From: Methanoregula sp.
GTDB lineage: Archaea > Halobacteriota > Methanomicrobia > Methanomicrobiales > Methanospirillaceae
NCBI GenBank assembly: GCA_041645435.1
Contig: JBAZQB010000002.1
Location: forward strand, 413,556 to 477,555
Direction: 5' to 3'
DNA: 64,000 nt
A program made the position numbers and the translations under genes. Shown one piece after another: positions 43,118-53,025 of this stretch (within the stretch, counting starts at the first letter, position 1; every line of letters starts with the position of its first letter). The notes beneath the pieces were generated by a model. That model did no database searches. It was not told where the DNA came from and worked only from the letters and a program-made list of their open reading frames with translations.

Positions 43118-44299
43118 ATGTATTTAGTCGGAGAAGCACTTGTTGGCGATGGCGCGGAAATTGCGCACATCGATCTGCTGATGGGCGATAAGGAAGGCCC
43201 GATAGGTACTGCGTTTGCAAATGCGATCTCGCAGCTTTCAGCCGGGCACACCCCGCTGCTTGCGGTCGTTCGCCCGAACCTGCTCACAAAACCGGTCACG
43301 CTCGTCATCCCGAAGGTAACCTTAAAGGATATGGCACAGGTGAACGAGATGTTCGGTCCTGTGCAGGCAGCGGTAGCAAAGGCCGTTGCAGACTGTGTTG
43401 AAGAAGGACTGTTTAGCAGTATTGACCTTGAGAAGGTTGCAATCCTTGCATCCGTGTTTGTTCACCCGGACGCCAAGGACTACAACCGGCTTTACCGGTA
43501 TAACTACGGTGCGACAAAGCTTGCACTCAACCGTGCTCTCGCAGCATTCCCGGATGCAAAGACGCTGGTGTACGAAAAGGATCGTGCCGCACATGCGATT
43601 ATGGGATTCAAGGTACAGCGCCTCTGGGATGCACCCTACCTGCAGGTCGCAATGGACCTTGTGGACATGGGCAAGGTTGCACAGGTATTAAAGGAACTCC
43701 CGGATAATGACCACCTCATCATCGAGGCAGGTACCCCGCTTATCAAGAAGTTCGGCCTTGGTGTCATTTCCGAGATCCGCAAGCTCCGCCCCAATGCATT
43801 CATTATCGCGGACTTAAAGATCCTTGACACCGGGAACCTCGAAGCCCGCATGGCAGCTGATGCAACCGCAGACGCTGTTGTGGTCTCGGGTCTTGCACCC
43901 GCATCAACCATGGAGAAGGCCATTGCCGAAGCCCGCAAGGTTGGCATCTACTCGATCGTGGATATGCTCAATGTGCAAAACCCGGCAAAGGTCATTGCGA
44001 GCCTGAAAGTCAAGCCCGATATCGTGGAACTCCACCGTGCAATTGACACTGACGACGCAGCTCATGCATGGGGCGACATCCCTGCAATCAAGAAGGCAGC
44101 CGGTGGAAAGCTTCTTGTTGCAACCGCTGGCGGCGTCCGGGTCAATGTAGTGAAAGATGCGCTCAAGGCAGGTGCAGATATCCTTGTGGTAGGCCGCGCA
44201 ATTACCGCAAGCAAAGACATCGGTCATGCGGCAGATGAGTTTTTAGAACAGCTGAACCGCGAAGAGATCGACCAGTTCCGTATCATGACGGATTTTTAA
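43118..44299 (+). CDS. fae-hps: Bifunctional formaldehyde-activating enzyme / 3-hexulose-6-phosphate synthase
   Basis: N-terminal Fae domain (MYLVGEALVGDGAEIAHIDLLMGDKEGPIGTAF) is fused to an OMPDC-fold Hps domain (LQVAMDL...ADLKILDTG...VVGRAIT). Confidence 0.9.
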   Translation: MYLVGEALVGDGAEIAHIDLLMGDKEGPIGTAFANAISQLSAGHTPLLAVVRPNLLTKPVTLVIPKVTLKDMAQVNEMFGPVQAAVAKAVADCVEEGLFSSIDLEKVAILASVFVHPDAKDYNRLYRYNYGATKLALNRALAAFPDAKTLVYEKDRAAHAIMGFKVQRLWDAPYLQVAMDLVDMGKVAQVLKELPDNDHLIIEAGTPLIKKFGLGVISEIRKLRPNAFIIADLKILDTGNLEARMAADATADAVVVSGLAPASTMEKAIAEARKVGIYSIVDMLNVQNPAKVIASLKVKPDIVELHRAIDTDDAAHAWGDIPAIKKAAGGKLLVATAGGVRVNVVKDALKAGADILVVGRAITASKDIGHAADEFLEQLNREEIDQFRIMTDF

Positions 44300-44305
44300 A
44301 ATTAC

Positions 44306-44312
44306 TTTTTTT
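44306..44312 (+). terminator. Oligo-T tract after fae-hps
   Basis: T7 run immediately downstream of the stop codon. Confidence 0.35.
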
Positions 44313-44498
44313 ATCAATGAATTCTGATGTTTTTCTTTAAATGCCGGGTGCTTTGGTAATTTTCATGTAGGTATTGTATTTTCCCGGGGTGTGCCGTATT
44401 GATTGAAAAGCAGTATGTTATTCGCTAACTTTTAACAAGGCAAACCCTTTTAATGTTTTTACACCTATGACCTTGGTATAACGTAAATATTATAAATC

Positions 44499-45266
44499 AT
44501 GTCGCCAATTCCCCGGATCCTTATTGTTGATGATGACAGTGTTATCATCCATCTCATCACCCTGATGCTGCAAAAAAAAGGCTACAACATTGTGGGAAAA
44601 ATTTCTTCCGGTGAGGAAGCGGTTTTAAAATCCGCAGATCTGAACCCGGATCTTGTTATCATGGATATCCGTTTATCCGGAAAGATGGACGGGGTAACAG
44701 CTGCCCGGTATATTTTCCAGCTCTTTTCGTTCCCCATCATTTTTATAACCGGTATTGATGAAGAACAACTTCTCGAACATGCCCGTTGCTCACAACCCTA
44801 CGGGATTATCTTCAAACCGTTTAGGGATATTGAGCTGAAAACCAATGTAGATCTCGCCCTCTACAACCACAGTATGCGGAAGAGATCTCTTGATGTTTAT
44901 CCAATAGGAGAACCGGATAAGATCATGGGGGTTAATGAAGTTACTATTGTCATGGACCCCAAAGGCAGGATTATCTTTTTCAATCCCTATACAGCCTGGT
45001 ATATCGATCTTCCGGAATCAGAGATCCTGATGAGCTACTGGAGAGATGTCCTGATGCTCATCAATGACCAGTCCGGTGAGGAATTAAAGGATCCGATCTA
45101 TGAAGTAGCCCAGCAAAGTGGAGTGGTTATGTACGATACCAATACTGCCGTTGTTACAAAATCCGGCAAGCGCCGGAAGGCCGGTGTTTTGGTACAGCCT
45201 ATCAAGGATGATTGTGGGAAGATACTTGCTGTCTCCATGAAAATCAAAGAAATAAAAGGCAGATGA
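44499..45266 (+). CDS. Response regulator receiver domain with C-terminal PAS-like domain
   Basis: RILIVDDDSVIIHL...LVIMDIRLSGKMDG...IFKPF are REC motifs. About 120 aa of sensor-like C-terminus follow. Confidence 0.8.
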   Translation: MSPIPRILIVDDDSVIIHLITLMLQKKGYNIVGKISSGEEAVLKSADLNPDLVIMDIRLSGKMDGVTAARYIFQLFSFPIIFITGIDEEQLLEHARCSQPYGIIFKPFRDIELKTNVDLALYNHSMRKRSLDVYPIGEPDKIMGVNEVTIVMDPKGRIIFFNPYTAWYIDLPESEILMSYWRDVLMLINDQSGEELKDPIYEVAQQSGVVMYDTNTAVVTKSGKRRKAGVLVQPIKDDCGKILAVSMKIKEIKGR

Positions 45267-45401
45267 ATTTCCTCTGGATGTGTAGATAATCATGTCGGTG
45301 GTAAGTTGTGGAAACGCAAGGTATCACCCTACCCCTCTCGCCTTTAATGCCTTTCTCCATTCATTTCAGTGACCGGAAACAGATCGCAGAACCTATCGTA
45401 T

Positions 45402-46232
45402 ATGGGTGCCAACCGCTCTGTAATGAATAGTGATCCGTTTCCGGTTATCCTCGTCCATGGATGGAACAGCCATCCCGGGATCTGGAACCGTCTCGTTCCC
45501 CGGCTTTCTGACGTCTCGATCCCCTTCTGGAAATTCGACCACACCGGCATGAACGGAGCGGATATATCAGAGCTGGCAGCAGCACTGGGAGTCTCTGTTG
45601 AGAATATGCGGGACGAGAGTGGGTATGCCGGACCTGTCGACATTGTCTGTCACTCGGTCGGTACCTGCATCGCCCGGTTCCTTCTCGAAGTGATGGACGG
45701 GACTGCGCAGCGCCAGAAGGTCAGGCAGCTGATTGGTCTTGGACCGCCCAACAATGGTTCAGCGCTTGCAGAGCTGTTCCATGATCCGCTGATGGGAGGG
45801 GAAATCATCAACCGGCTCACCGGTGTTTTTGTTCCACCGGGTTTTGATCCTGCTGCCGATCCGATCGTACAGGACGTCCGCCCCACCAGCCGGGCCATGC
45901 AGGCACTCCGTTCAGCAGGAATCCGCCGGGATATCACCTACCGGATCATCGTGACAGCAAATCCCGAAGGCATGCCTGCTTTCTTCCCATTGTTTGAGGG
46001 AAAGACCTGGGATCTCAATAGTAACGGTGGCTGGCAGCAGCATTGGGATGGGGATGGGATTGTCCCGCATAGCGAATCCCGTCTCCCGGGAATCTCTCTT
46101 GATATCCTGCCATTGGGTCTGGATGGTACTGCCCGGTTGCCTCCTCCCGACCAGTACTGCCACATCAACCTGCCGAAAAACCCGGTTGTTATCGAACGGA
46201 TCATGCAGTACCTGACACGTCCAGGTCCATGA
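45402..46232 (+). CDS. Alpha/beta hydrolase (lipase/esterase-like)
   Basis: PVILVHGWNSH and nucleophile elbow CHSVGT. ATG 45402 is preferred over GTG 45369, and 45423 is also possible. Confidence 0.7.
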   Translation: MGANRSVMNSDPFPVILVHGWNSHPGIWNRLVPRLSDVSIPFWKFDHTGMNGADISELAAALGVSVENMRDESGYAGPVDIVCHSVGTCIARFLLEVMDGTAQRQKVRQLIGLGPPNNGSALAELFHDPLMGGEIINRLTGVFVPPGFDPAADPIVQDVRPTSRAMQALRSAGIRRDITYRIIVTANPEGMPAFFPLFEGKTWDLNSNGGWQQHWDGDGIVPHSESRLPGISLDILPLGLDGTARLPPPDQYCHINLPKNPVVIERIMQYLTRPGP

Positions 46233-46386
46233 TGGGGTAAGCCCCGGGGAAATGGGGTTTGTTATCGGACTTCCCGCATCAGAGACAAAGGAGTGGCTGA
46301 TTGATTGATAACGGGCCGGAATCAGGCACAAAGAATGTATTTGTAGTAATTAAAAGAAAGAACACGTATTTGTCGGGTAAGCCACT

Positions 46387-48510
46387 ATGGACATAACACT
46401 CTTTGATGCAATCCGCAAAAGGCCTTATGTCCTTCCTGTCCTGATCCTCGTAAGTACCGCAGCTGCGCTGGTTTTAAACTGGTACGGGCTTATCTACGGG
46501 ATTACCTACGTCCTGCCTCATCTTCTCTATATTCCAATCATTCTCTGTGCGTATTACTATCCCCGTCGCGGGATAGTATTCGCATCAGTACTCTCAGTCA
46601 TCTACTGTGTCCTTGTCTTTTTTATGACTCCAGCATCATTTGATGTAATCGTGTCAGCATGTGCACGATGTATCGTCTTTGTGGGAATCTCTGCGGTAAT
46701 ATCTTACATAAGCGGACATGTGCACGACGATCTCCATGTCTGTCTCCGGCTTGTCTCCGTTGTTGAATCATCTCGCGATGCGATTGTTGGCACCTCCCTG
46801 CATGGCATAATCACCGACTGGAATAAAAGTGCTGAAGGACTGTATGGATATTCCGCACAGGAAGCTATCGGAAAACCGGTTACGCTGATCGTCCCCATGG
46901 ACAAATCAGCTGAAATTACTACCCTTCTTGACAAAATCCGAACCGGAGAACCCATAGACCGATATGAAACTGAACGGGTGACTAAAGACGGGCGTCGTCT
47001 CCAGATCTCACTCTCACTCTCCCCGATAAAAAACCATTACGGGGAGATCATCGGGGCATCCTACATTTCCCATGATATTACTGATCAAAAACGACTCCTG
47101 GATGCTGTCCAGAATGCAAAAGACGATTGGGAACGTACGTTTGATGCTGTTCCTGATATGATTGCTCTCATTGACCGGAACTACCGCATCCTTCGTGCAA
47201 ATCGTTCTATGGCAGAACGTGTCGGATTATCTCCCGAAGAGATGATCGGGAAAGCCTGTTTCGAGACAGTGCATAAAACACATGGACCTTTAAAAGCTTG
47301 TCCGCACACCCTGCTCATCCGTGACGGAGAAAGTCACATGCAGGAAATCCACGACGATGCACTCGGTGGCGATTTTCAGGTTACGGTGTCACCGTTTATG
47401 GGAGTATCCGGTGAGGTGATGGGAAGTGTCCATGTTATTCATGATATCACTGAGCGCAAGAGGGCAGAAGAGGCACTCCATGAGAATGAAACACTTCTGC
47501 GTGAAGCCCAGAAGGTTGCTCATATCGGGAGCTGGACTCTGGATCCCAAAACCGGTCTGGAAAACTGGTCGGATGAGCTTCTCAGGATTTACGGGTTCGA
47601 ACCCGGGGACGTCGTACCTTCATTTTCTGAACATGAGTCAATGATCCATCCAGATGACTGGTCAATACTCAATGCGACAATACATAAATCACTTGCAACC
47701 GGGCAGGATTACGAGATGGAAGTCAGGCTCACCCGAAAAGACGGGCAGGTTCGTACGATGTTATCCCGCGGCCATATCCAGCGGGGAAAAAACCATGAGA
47801 TTATCCGGCTTATCGGGACTTCTCAGGATATTACCGAACGTAAAATCACGGAAAATGCACTGCGGCTTGCAAACAATAAACTGACTATGCTCTCATCCAT
47901 CACCCGGCACGATATCTTAAACAAACTCACCGGGCTGAGAATGTACCTTGAACTCTCGAAAGAGAGCGTGAAAGACCCGGTCTTCCTTGAATATATCACA
48001 AAGGAGATTGATGCTGCAGGAGCGATTGAGCGGCAGATCGAATTCACGCGATTTTACGAGAGTATTGGGGTGAATGCCCCGCAATGGCAGGATGTAGCCG
48101 AGCGGATACGTTCCGCTGCATCGCAACTCCCTCTGGAGGAGATCACATTTGATATCCTGCTGCCTCCTGTCCAGGTATATGCCGATGCGCTCATCGAAAA
48201 AGTGTTCTATAACCTGATTGAAAATTCACTTCGCCATGGAGGCGGTGTTACTTGTATATCGTTCTCTTTTGAAGAGATGCAAAATGGTGCAGTGATCACG
48301 TACCGGGATGACGGTGCTGGCATCTCACGTACGGATAAGGACAAACTGTTCCGGCGCGGTTTTGGCAAACATACCGGTCTTGGTCTTTTCCTGTCACGGG
48401 AAATTCTCTCCATCACCGGAATCACGATAACAGAAAACGGTGAGCAAGGAAAAGGCGTTTGTTTTGAGATACATGTACCAAAAGTAAGTTACCGGGTTAC
48501 TTTAACCTGA
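46387..48510 (+). CDS. Membrane-anchored multi-PAS sensor histidine kinase
   Basis: N-terminal TM helices and at least three PAS/PAC modules (repeated HDITERK/HDITDQK PAC ends). H-box ITRHDILNKL, N-box LIENSLRHGG, G-box GFGKHTGLGLFL. Confidence 0.85.
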   Translation: MDITLFDAIRKRPYVLPVLILVSTAAALVLNWYGLIYGITYVLPHLLYIPIILCAYYYPRRGIVFASVLSVIYCVLVFFMTPASFDVIVSACARCIVFVGISAVISYISGHVHDDLHVCLRLVSVVESSRDAIVGTSLHGIITDWNKSAEGLYGYSAQEAIGKPVTLIVPMDKSAEITTLLDKIRTGEPIDRYETERVTKDGRRLQISLSLSPIKNHYGEIIGASYISHDITDQKRLLDAVQNAKDDWERTFDAVPDMIALIDRNYRILRANRSMAERVGLSPEEMIGKACFETVHKTHGPLKACPHTLLIRDGESHMQEIHDDALGGDFQVTVSPFMGVSGEVMGSVHVIHDITERKRAEEALHENETLLREAQKVAHIGSWTLDPKTGLENWSDELLRIYGFEPGDVVPSFSEHESMIHPDDWSILNATIHKSLATGQDYEMEVRLTRKDGQVRTMLSRGHIQRGKNHEIIRLIGTSQDITERKITENALRLANNKLTMLSSITRHDILNKLTGLRMYLELSKESVKDPVFLEYITKEIDAAGAIERQIEFTRFYESIGVNAPQWQDVAERIRSAASQLPLEEITFDILLPPVQVYADALIEKVFYNLIENSLRHGGGVTCISFSFEEMQNGAVITYRDDGAGISRTDKDKLFRRGFGKHTGLGLFLSREILSITGITITENGEQGKGVCFEIHVPKVSYRVTLT

Positions 48511-48741
48511 TCGGTACTGCGATACGGTCAGTCCTTAATATCAATATATGAGCGGTGATTCTGGCACGAACCCCGGCCCTTTTTTAGGCATGTGCCCGTT
48601 TCCCGGATAACAAATACTATTGCCAATAACCCGCAATCATCTGATAACGATCGTAATGCAGTAATTTTATAAAAGATCGGGAAAATAGAACCCGTTTAAG
48701 ATCTGCCCCTCCATTGACAAAGAAGCAGCAGCCTGATAGTT

Positions 48742-50874
48742 ATGGTGCCCGGAATATCTCCTTTCAAAAGTATGAGTGTCCGTGAGAAAATTCTCATCAT
48801 TTTTTTATCCCTCTCGCTTATCTCTCTGATCATTACCGGTCTGGTGGCATTTGTCACCATCAGCGATATCGGGCATTATGCGGAACAGAGCAGTTCGGCA
48901 CTCGGTATGGAAGCGATAAAAGACAGCACGGTCGCTCTCCAGCAGGAGGCAGAGAGTAACCTGATGAGGATCGCAGAGGATCAGGCCGGGATCACCCAAC
49001 TATCATTCGATGACACTGCCGCCGAAATAGAGATCCTTGCGGCGCAGGCAGTATCCCTGCAGAATAATCCCCCGTTCCAACCGGTCATTCCCTCATTTAC
49101 AAGTAACTCTCCGCCAAACGATCCGATGAACGCCACCATTGTCATCCTTGCACCCGGATCCTCGGCAACTCCTCAGTCTGATGAATACCGCACTCTCGCG
49201 GGAATGGACGATCAGCTCAAAGCGATGTATGTCGCTGATGCGGAGCTCAGCAGTACCTATGTTGCCACCGATTCCGGCATCATGCGCATCTATCCCTGGA
49301 ATAATCAAAACCCCGTGGATTATGATCCCCGGGTCCGGGACTGGTTTATCAATGCAAAAAAATCGCCAGGGAACGTCTGGTCCGGGCCGTATGTGGATTC
49401 ATCCGGTGGTGGCCTGGTCGTTACCTGCTCGCATGCCGTTCCCACAAAGTATGGTACATGGGTGATCGCGTCAGATGTTACCACCAATACCATCAACCAG
49501 AATATCCTCAACCTGACATTAGATGGCAGTGGTTATGCAATACTGGTGGACAGTAACGGAAAAATGATCAGCCGCCCGGGTCTTTCTGCGGGGGACACGA
49601 CCTGGAACGAGGCATTTACCACAGAGAATGTGTTTGACAACCCAAATCCTGCATTGGTCAAAATCGGGCAGAAAATGGTGGCCGGGGAGTCCGGAGTCGA
49701 CCATGTATGGTTTGACAACAATGAGATCTATGTCGCGTATGCCCCGGTAAAATCCTTAAACTGGAGTTTTGCCATCTCGATGCCGGCCTCTCGTATCGTT
49801 GCACCGGTTAAAATCACAGAAGGCAAAATCATAAATTCTACCCGGATTTCAAGTGAACATATCGACGCCCAGACTACCCGGGTCCTGCAAATATTCGCCG
49901 GGCTGTTTTTCATTCTTCTCATCATCGTTATCCTGCTCTCATTCCTGCTCGCGAGGATCATCACCCGGCCCGTGGAGTTGCTCAGGCAGGGTACGGTAGC
50001 GCTCGGTAAAGGGGATCTCGACTATCATCTCACTATTGAAACCGGAGATGAATTCGAAGAACTTGCCCATTCATTTAACTCGATGGCAAAAGATCTTAAA
50101 AAGAATATTGAAGATCTCCGTCGCACCACCGCAGAGAAAGAACGCTATGCCAAAGAGATGGAGATTGCAAAAGAGATCCAGGATAACTTCCTGCCGGAAT
50201 TTACTCCTGCAATTCCCGGCATCGAAGTTGCTGCCACCACGCTTCCGGCCATGGAGATCGGTGGCGATCTCTATGACTTCCTGCCAGTACCGAAAGAACG
50301 CTGGGGGCTTGCGATTGCAGATGTTTCGGGTAAAGGAGTCAGTGCTGCCCTGTTCATGGCTCTCTGCAGTACGTTGATTCGTGTGAGTGGCAGTACTGAA
50401 ACAGATCCGTCTGTTGTCCTGGAGCATGCGAACCAGATGATATACGCAGATGGGCGATCGAGCATGTTTATCACCATCTTTTACGGTGTGCTGGATCCTG
50501 CAAACCGGAAATTTACGTATGTAAATGCCGGGCATAATCCCCCCGTACTTGTACGGGGCGATCCTCCAAATGTCCGGACACTTGAAGAAGGCAGGTGTAT
50601 TGCTCTCGGTGTGGTTCCTGAAGTGAATCTGACTTGTGCTGAACTGGTGCTGGAACCCGGCGATCTTATAGTCATGTATACTGATGGTGTAACCGAGGCG
50701 TTCAATCCGCAGGATGAAGAATTCGGTGAAGAGCGGCTGATGGAGTATCTGCAAAAACATCGGAATTATCCGGTTCAGGAGATCATTGACGGGCTTATCG
50801 ATGAGGTCAGAAGGTTCTGTGGCATCAGACCCCAGTCCGATGACATCACGCTGGTTGTAGTGAGAGTTCTGTGA
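48742..50874 (+). CDS. Cache-like sensor, HAMP, and PP2C/SpoIIE-family serine phosphatase
   Basis: Two TM segments flank a roughly 330-aa extracytoplasmic domain. HAMP (RPVELLRQGTVALGKGDLDYHL). PP2C motifs GGDLYDF, ADVSGKGVSAALFM, YVNAGHNPP, YTDGVTEA and SDDITLVVVRV. Confidence 0.85.
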   Translation: MVPGISPFKSMSVREKILIIFLSLSLISLIITGLVAFVTISDIGHYAEQSSSALGMEAIKDSTVALQQEAESNLMRIAEDQAGITQLSFDDTAAEIEILAAQAVSLQNNPPFQPVIPSFTSNSPPNDPMNATIVILAPGSSATPQSDEYRTLAGMDDQLKAMYVADAELSSTYVATDSGIMRIYPWNNQNPVDYDPRVRDWFINAKKSPGNVWSGPYVDSSGGGLVVTCSHAVPTKYGTWVIASDVTTNTINQNILNLTLDGSGYAILVDSNGKMISRPGLSAGDTTWNEAFTTENVFDNPNPALVKIGQKMVAGESGVDHVWFDNNEIYVAYAPVKSLNWSFAISMPASRIVAPVKITEGKIINSTRISSEHIDAQTTRVLQIFAGLFFILLIIVILLSFLLARIITRPVELLRQGTVALGKGDLDYHLTIETGDEFEELAHSFNSMAKDLKKNIEDLRRTTAEKERYAKEMEIAKEIQDNFLPEFTPAIPGIEVAATTLPAMEIGGDLYDFLPVPKERWGLAIADVSGKGVSAALFMALCSTLIRVSGSTETDPSVVLEHANQMIYADGRSSMFITIFYGVLDPANRKFTYVNAGHNPPVLVRGDPPNVRTLEEGRCIALGVVPEVNLTCAELVLEPGDLIVMYTDGVTEAFNPQDEEFGEERLMEYLQKHRNYPVQEIIDGLIDEVRRFCGIRPQSDDITLVVVRVL

Positions 50875-50987
50875 AGAGTAAATGGGTCTTTTAAAAACCT
50901 TTTATTCTGCCCGTTTTCTCGTGCATGAAATTAAAACCCGTATCCTGATGATATTAAAAATCGGGCGGGAAAAAATCCCGCGGCATA

Positions 50988-51656
50988 TCAGACCTGTCGT
51001 GTCTGTCCGCTTTCCCCGCAGATAAAAAAATGTTCATTCCCGTCAGTGAGATGTGTATACCCACTACTTTTTGATACCTGCGGCTTTTTTGAGCATGATT
51101 CATCAGTGCATTTTCTCAAATGCAAAAATAATTCGTCAAGCCATGTTACCAGGTTTTCAATTTCTTCGGTATCATAGTCCTTGTGTAACTCAGCAAGTAA
51201 CGCCCGGATTGCTTCCCTGTTGAAAAGATCATGATCGGATTCGATTGAGATCATGTTCAGGTCAGCGTAACAGAGGGCCGAGTGATATGCAGCAACATAA
51301 TTATTAAGATCTTGATGGAGTAACCCCCGGTAGACTGGATCTTTAAACGTATCGGATGTATGGAGTTTTCCCGTGATCCGATCGTATTCCTTCCAGAATA
51401 TTTCGCAAATATCCCCGTCAGATTTTAGCGCATCAATAAGATGTGGAATATTGAATTTTTCTAAATAGGGAGCACAGGCAGGACAATTCCCAAAACTCTC
51501 CAGTTCACTGAAATGTGCCTCTGTCTTAAAAATACTCTCTTCATATCTCTGCAAACGATGCCTGATGTAGTTGATCTGGTCGCTGTCCATGGGTATGCCT
51601 TGTTTGTTAATTCGGTTGAGAAGTCTGCATCCGGTACCCGTAAAAAAAATGCTCAT
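50988..51656 (-). CDS. Hypothetical protein (orphan)
   Basis: Uninterrupted 222-aa ORF in a somewhat AT-richer stretch. No recognisable motifs. The start may be MDSDQ at 51590. Confidence 0.45.
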   Translation of the reverse strand: MSIFFTGTGCRLLNRINKQGIPMDSDQINYIRHRLQRYEESIFKTEAHFSELESFGNCPACAPYLEKFNIPHLIDALKSDGDICEIFWKEYDRITGKLHTSDTFKDPVYRGLLHQDLNNYVAAYHSALCYADLNMISIESDHDLFNREAIRALLAELHKDYDTEEIENLVTWLDELFLHLRKCTDESCSKKPQVSKSSGYTHLTDGNEHFFICGESGQTRQV

Positions 51657-51906
51657 TTTTATTGCCGTGATATCTTTAAATTTTTTTCTTAATTTGTCAT
51701 CTTAAAAAACCTTGTACCAGGTTGAGACCCGCGAGGTTTCCTCCCTATCCTTTTTTCTATCGTTTTCTGACAAATTCGCCTGTTTTTGTAACAGTGACTT
51801 CAAAGAAAAAACCGGTATCTCCTTTTAAGGAACAAAAATACTTTTTCCGGGGGACTAAAATCCTACGATTTTTTTAGCCGGAACACCCAACATTACAGAG
51901 TAACCT

Positions 51907-52860
51907 ATGTCGCATGCAGTATCATTAGAGGATGGGGATGGACCGGGTTTCTATGCCAAGAAACAGCGGACTGTCCTGATCAGCCTGATTATTGATTTTA
52001 TACTTTGGATCCCGGACATTATCGCTGCCATCCTCTCCGGATCGATTGTTCTTTTTGCCGATGCGGTGAAATGCGGTAACGAGATCATTGCCACATTTTT
52101 GGCCTATCTCACGATACGCAAGATGGCAAAAGGTGGTGCCGGGGTATACGATTACGGTATGGGTAAGATGGAGACGATAACCTCTATCATCACGGGCGGC
52201 GTGATGCTGATCTCGCTCCTGATCGTTTTTATGGTTGCCCTGTACCGCATTGCTGTCCCGGGAGAGCTGGTCCATGAGGGAGTAATGCTGGGTATCGTTC
52301 TCATGGTAATCGGGGTGAGCATGAACTCCTATCTCTGGCTGAAGAATTACCGGTTCAACCAGAGGGAGCCTTCACCTATCATGGATTCGCAGTGGAAGTT
52401 GTTCCGCACAAAGGCATTTTCTGATTTCACGGTTCTGGTTTCCCTGATTGCAACCCTTGAGCTCTCCGCTTACAGCTGGTCTTTGTATATCGATCCTCTC
52501 GCCTCCTTTGTGATCGCCGGTTTCCTCCTGTTCTCGGGATACCGGGTGATCACCACATCCCTGCCGGACCTGCTCGACAAGACCCTTGATGAAGAACTCC
52601 AGATGGTGATTGTCCGGCACCTTGCAGTCTTCTTTAATGATTATACTGCCCTGCATGGTGTACGTTCACGCCGTTCCGGAAACAATGTGTATATCGAGAT
52701 CTTCTTAGAGTTTGACGGGGAGATGAAGATGTGTGAGGTGCAGAACATTATCAACCGGATCAAGGTGTCGCTTGAAGCCCATATCGCAAAAAGTTCGGTG
52801 AGTGTGGTACCGACTAGTTTGGCGGTATGTGAAGAAATTATACCCCCGCCTCCTGAATGA
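51907..52860 (+). CDS. Cation diffusion facilitator (CDF) family metal efflux transporter
   Basis: Six TM helices with the LFADAVKCGNE (TM2) pattern, plus a C-terminal cytoplasmic domain (HGVRSRRSGNNVYIEIFLEF). Confidence 0.85.
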   Translation: MSHAVSLEDGDGPGFYAKKQRTVLISLIIDFILWIPDIIAAILSGSIVLFADAVKCGNEIIATFLAYLTIRKMAKGGAGVYDYGMGKMETITSIITGGVMLISLLIVFMVALYRIAVPGELVHEGVMLGIVLMVIGVSMNSYLWLKNYRFNQREPSPIMDSQWKLFRTKAFSDFTVLVSLIATLELSAYSWSLYIDPLASFVIAGFLLFSGYRVITTSLPDLLDKTLDEELQMVIVRHLAVFFNDYTALHGVRSRRSGNNVYIEIFLEFDGEMKMCEVQNIINRIKVSLEAHIAKSSVSVVPTSLAVCEEIIPPPPE

Positions 52861-53025
52861 TTGCATCGTTTTAGATATTTTTGCATTTCTCTTTTTTTTT
52901 ACGGATCCAACCCACCTACATTAAATCTCGTGAAAAAACCTTGTTCCTGTACCAAAAACCGAACTTTATTGCCCTCAACCGCCAATTACCGGATAGATTT
53001 ATTAAAAAAACAGAGGAAACCAGCA

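Noticed and set aside
50071-50760. 229-aa minus-strand ORF
   Set aside because: It is antisense to the PP2C domain of the SpoIIE-type phosphatase gene and has no motifs.
52861-53025. N-terminal extension of the flavodoxin/ferredoxin ORF
   Set aside because: The flavodoxin fold begins at MKSIIYYFTGTGNS (53026). The upstream part is AT-rich promoter-like DNA.
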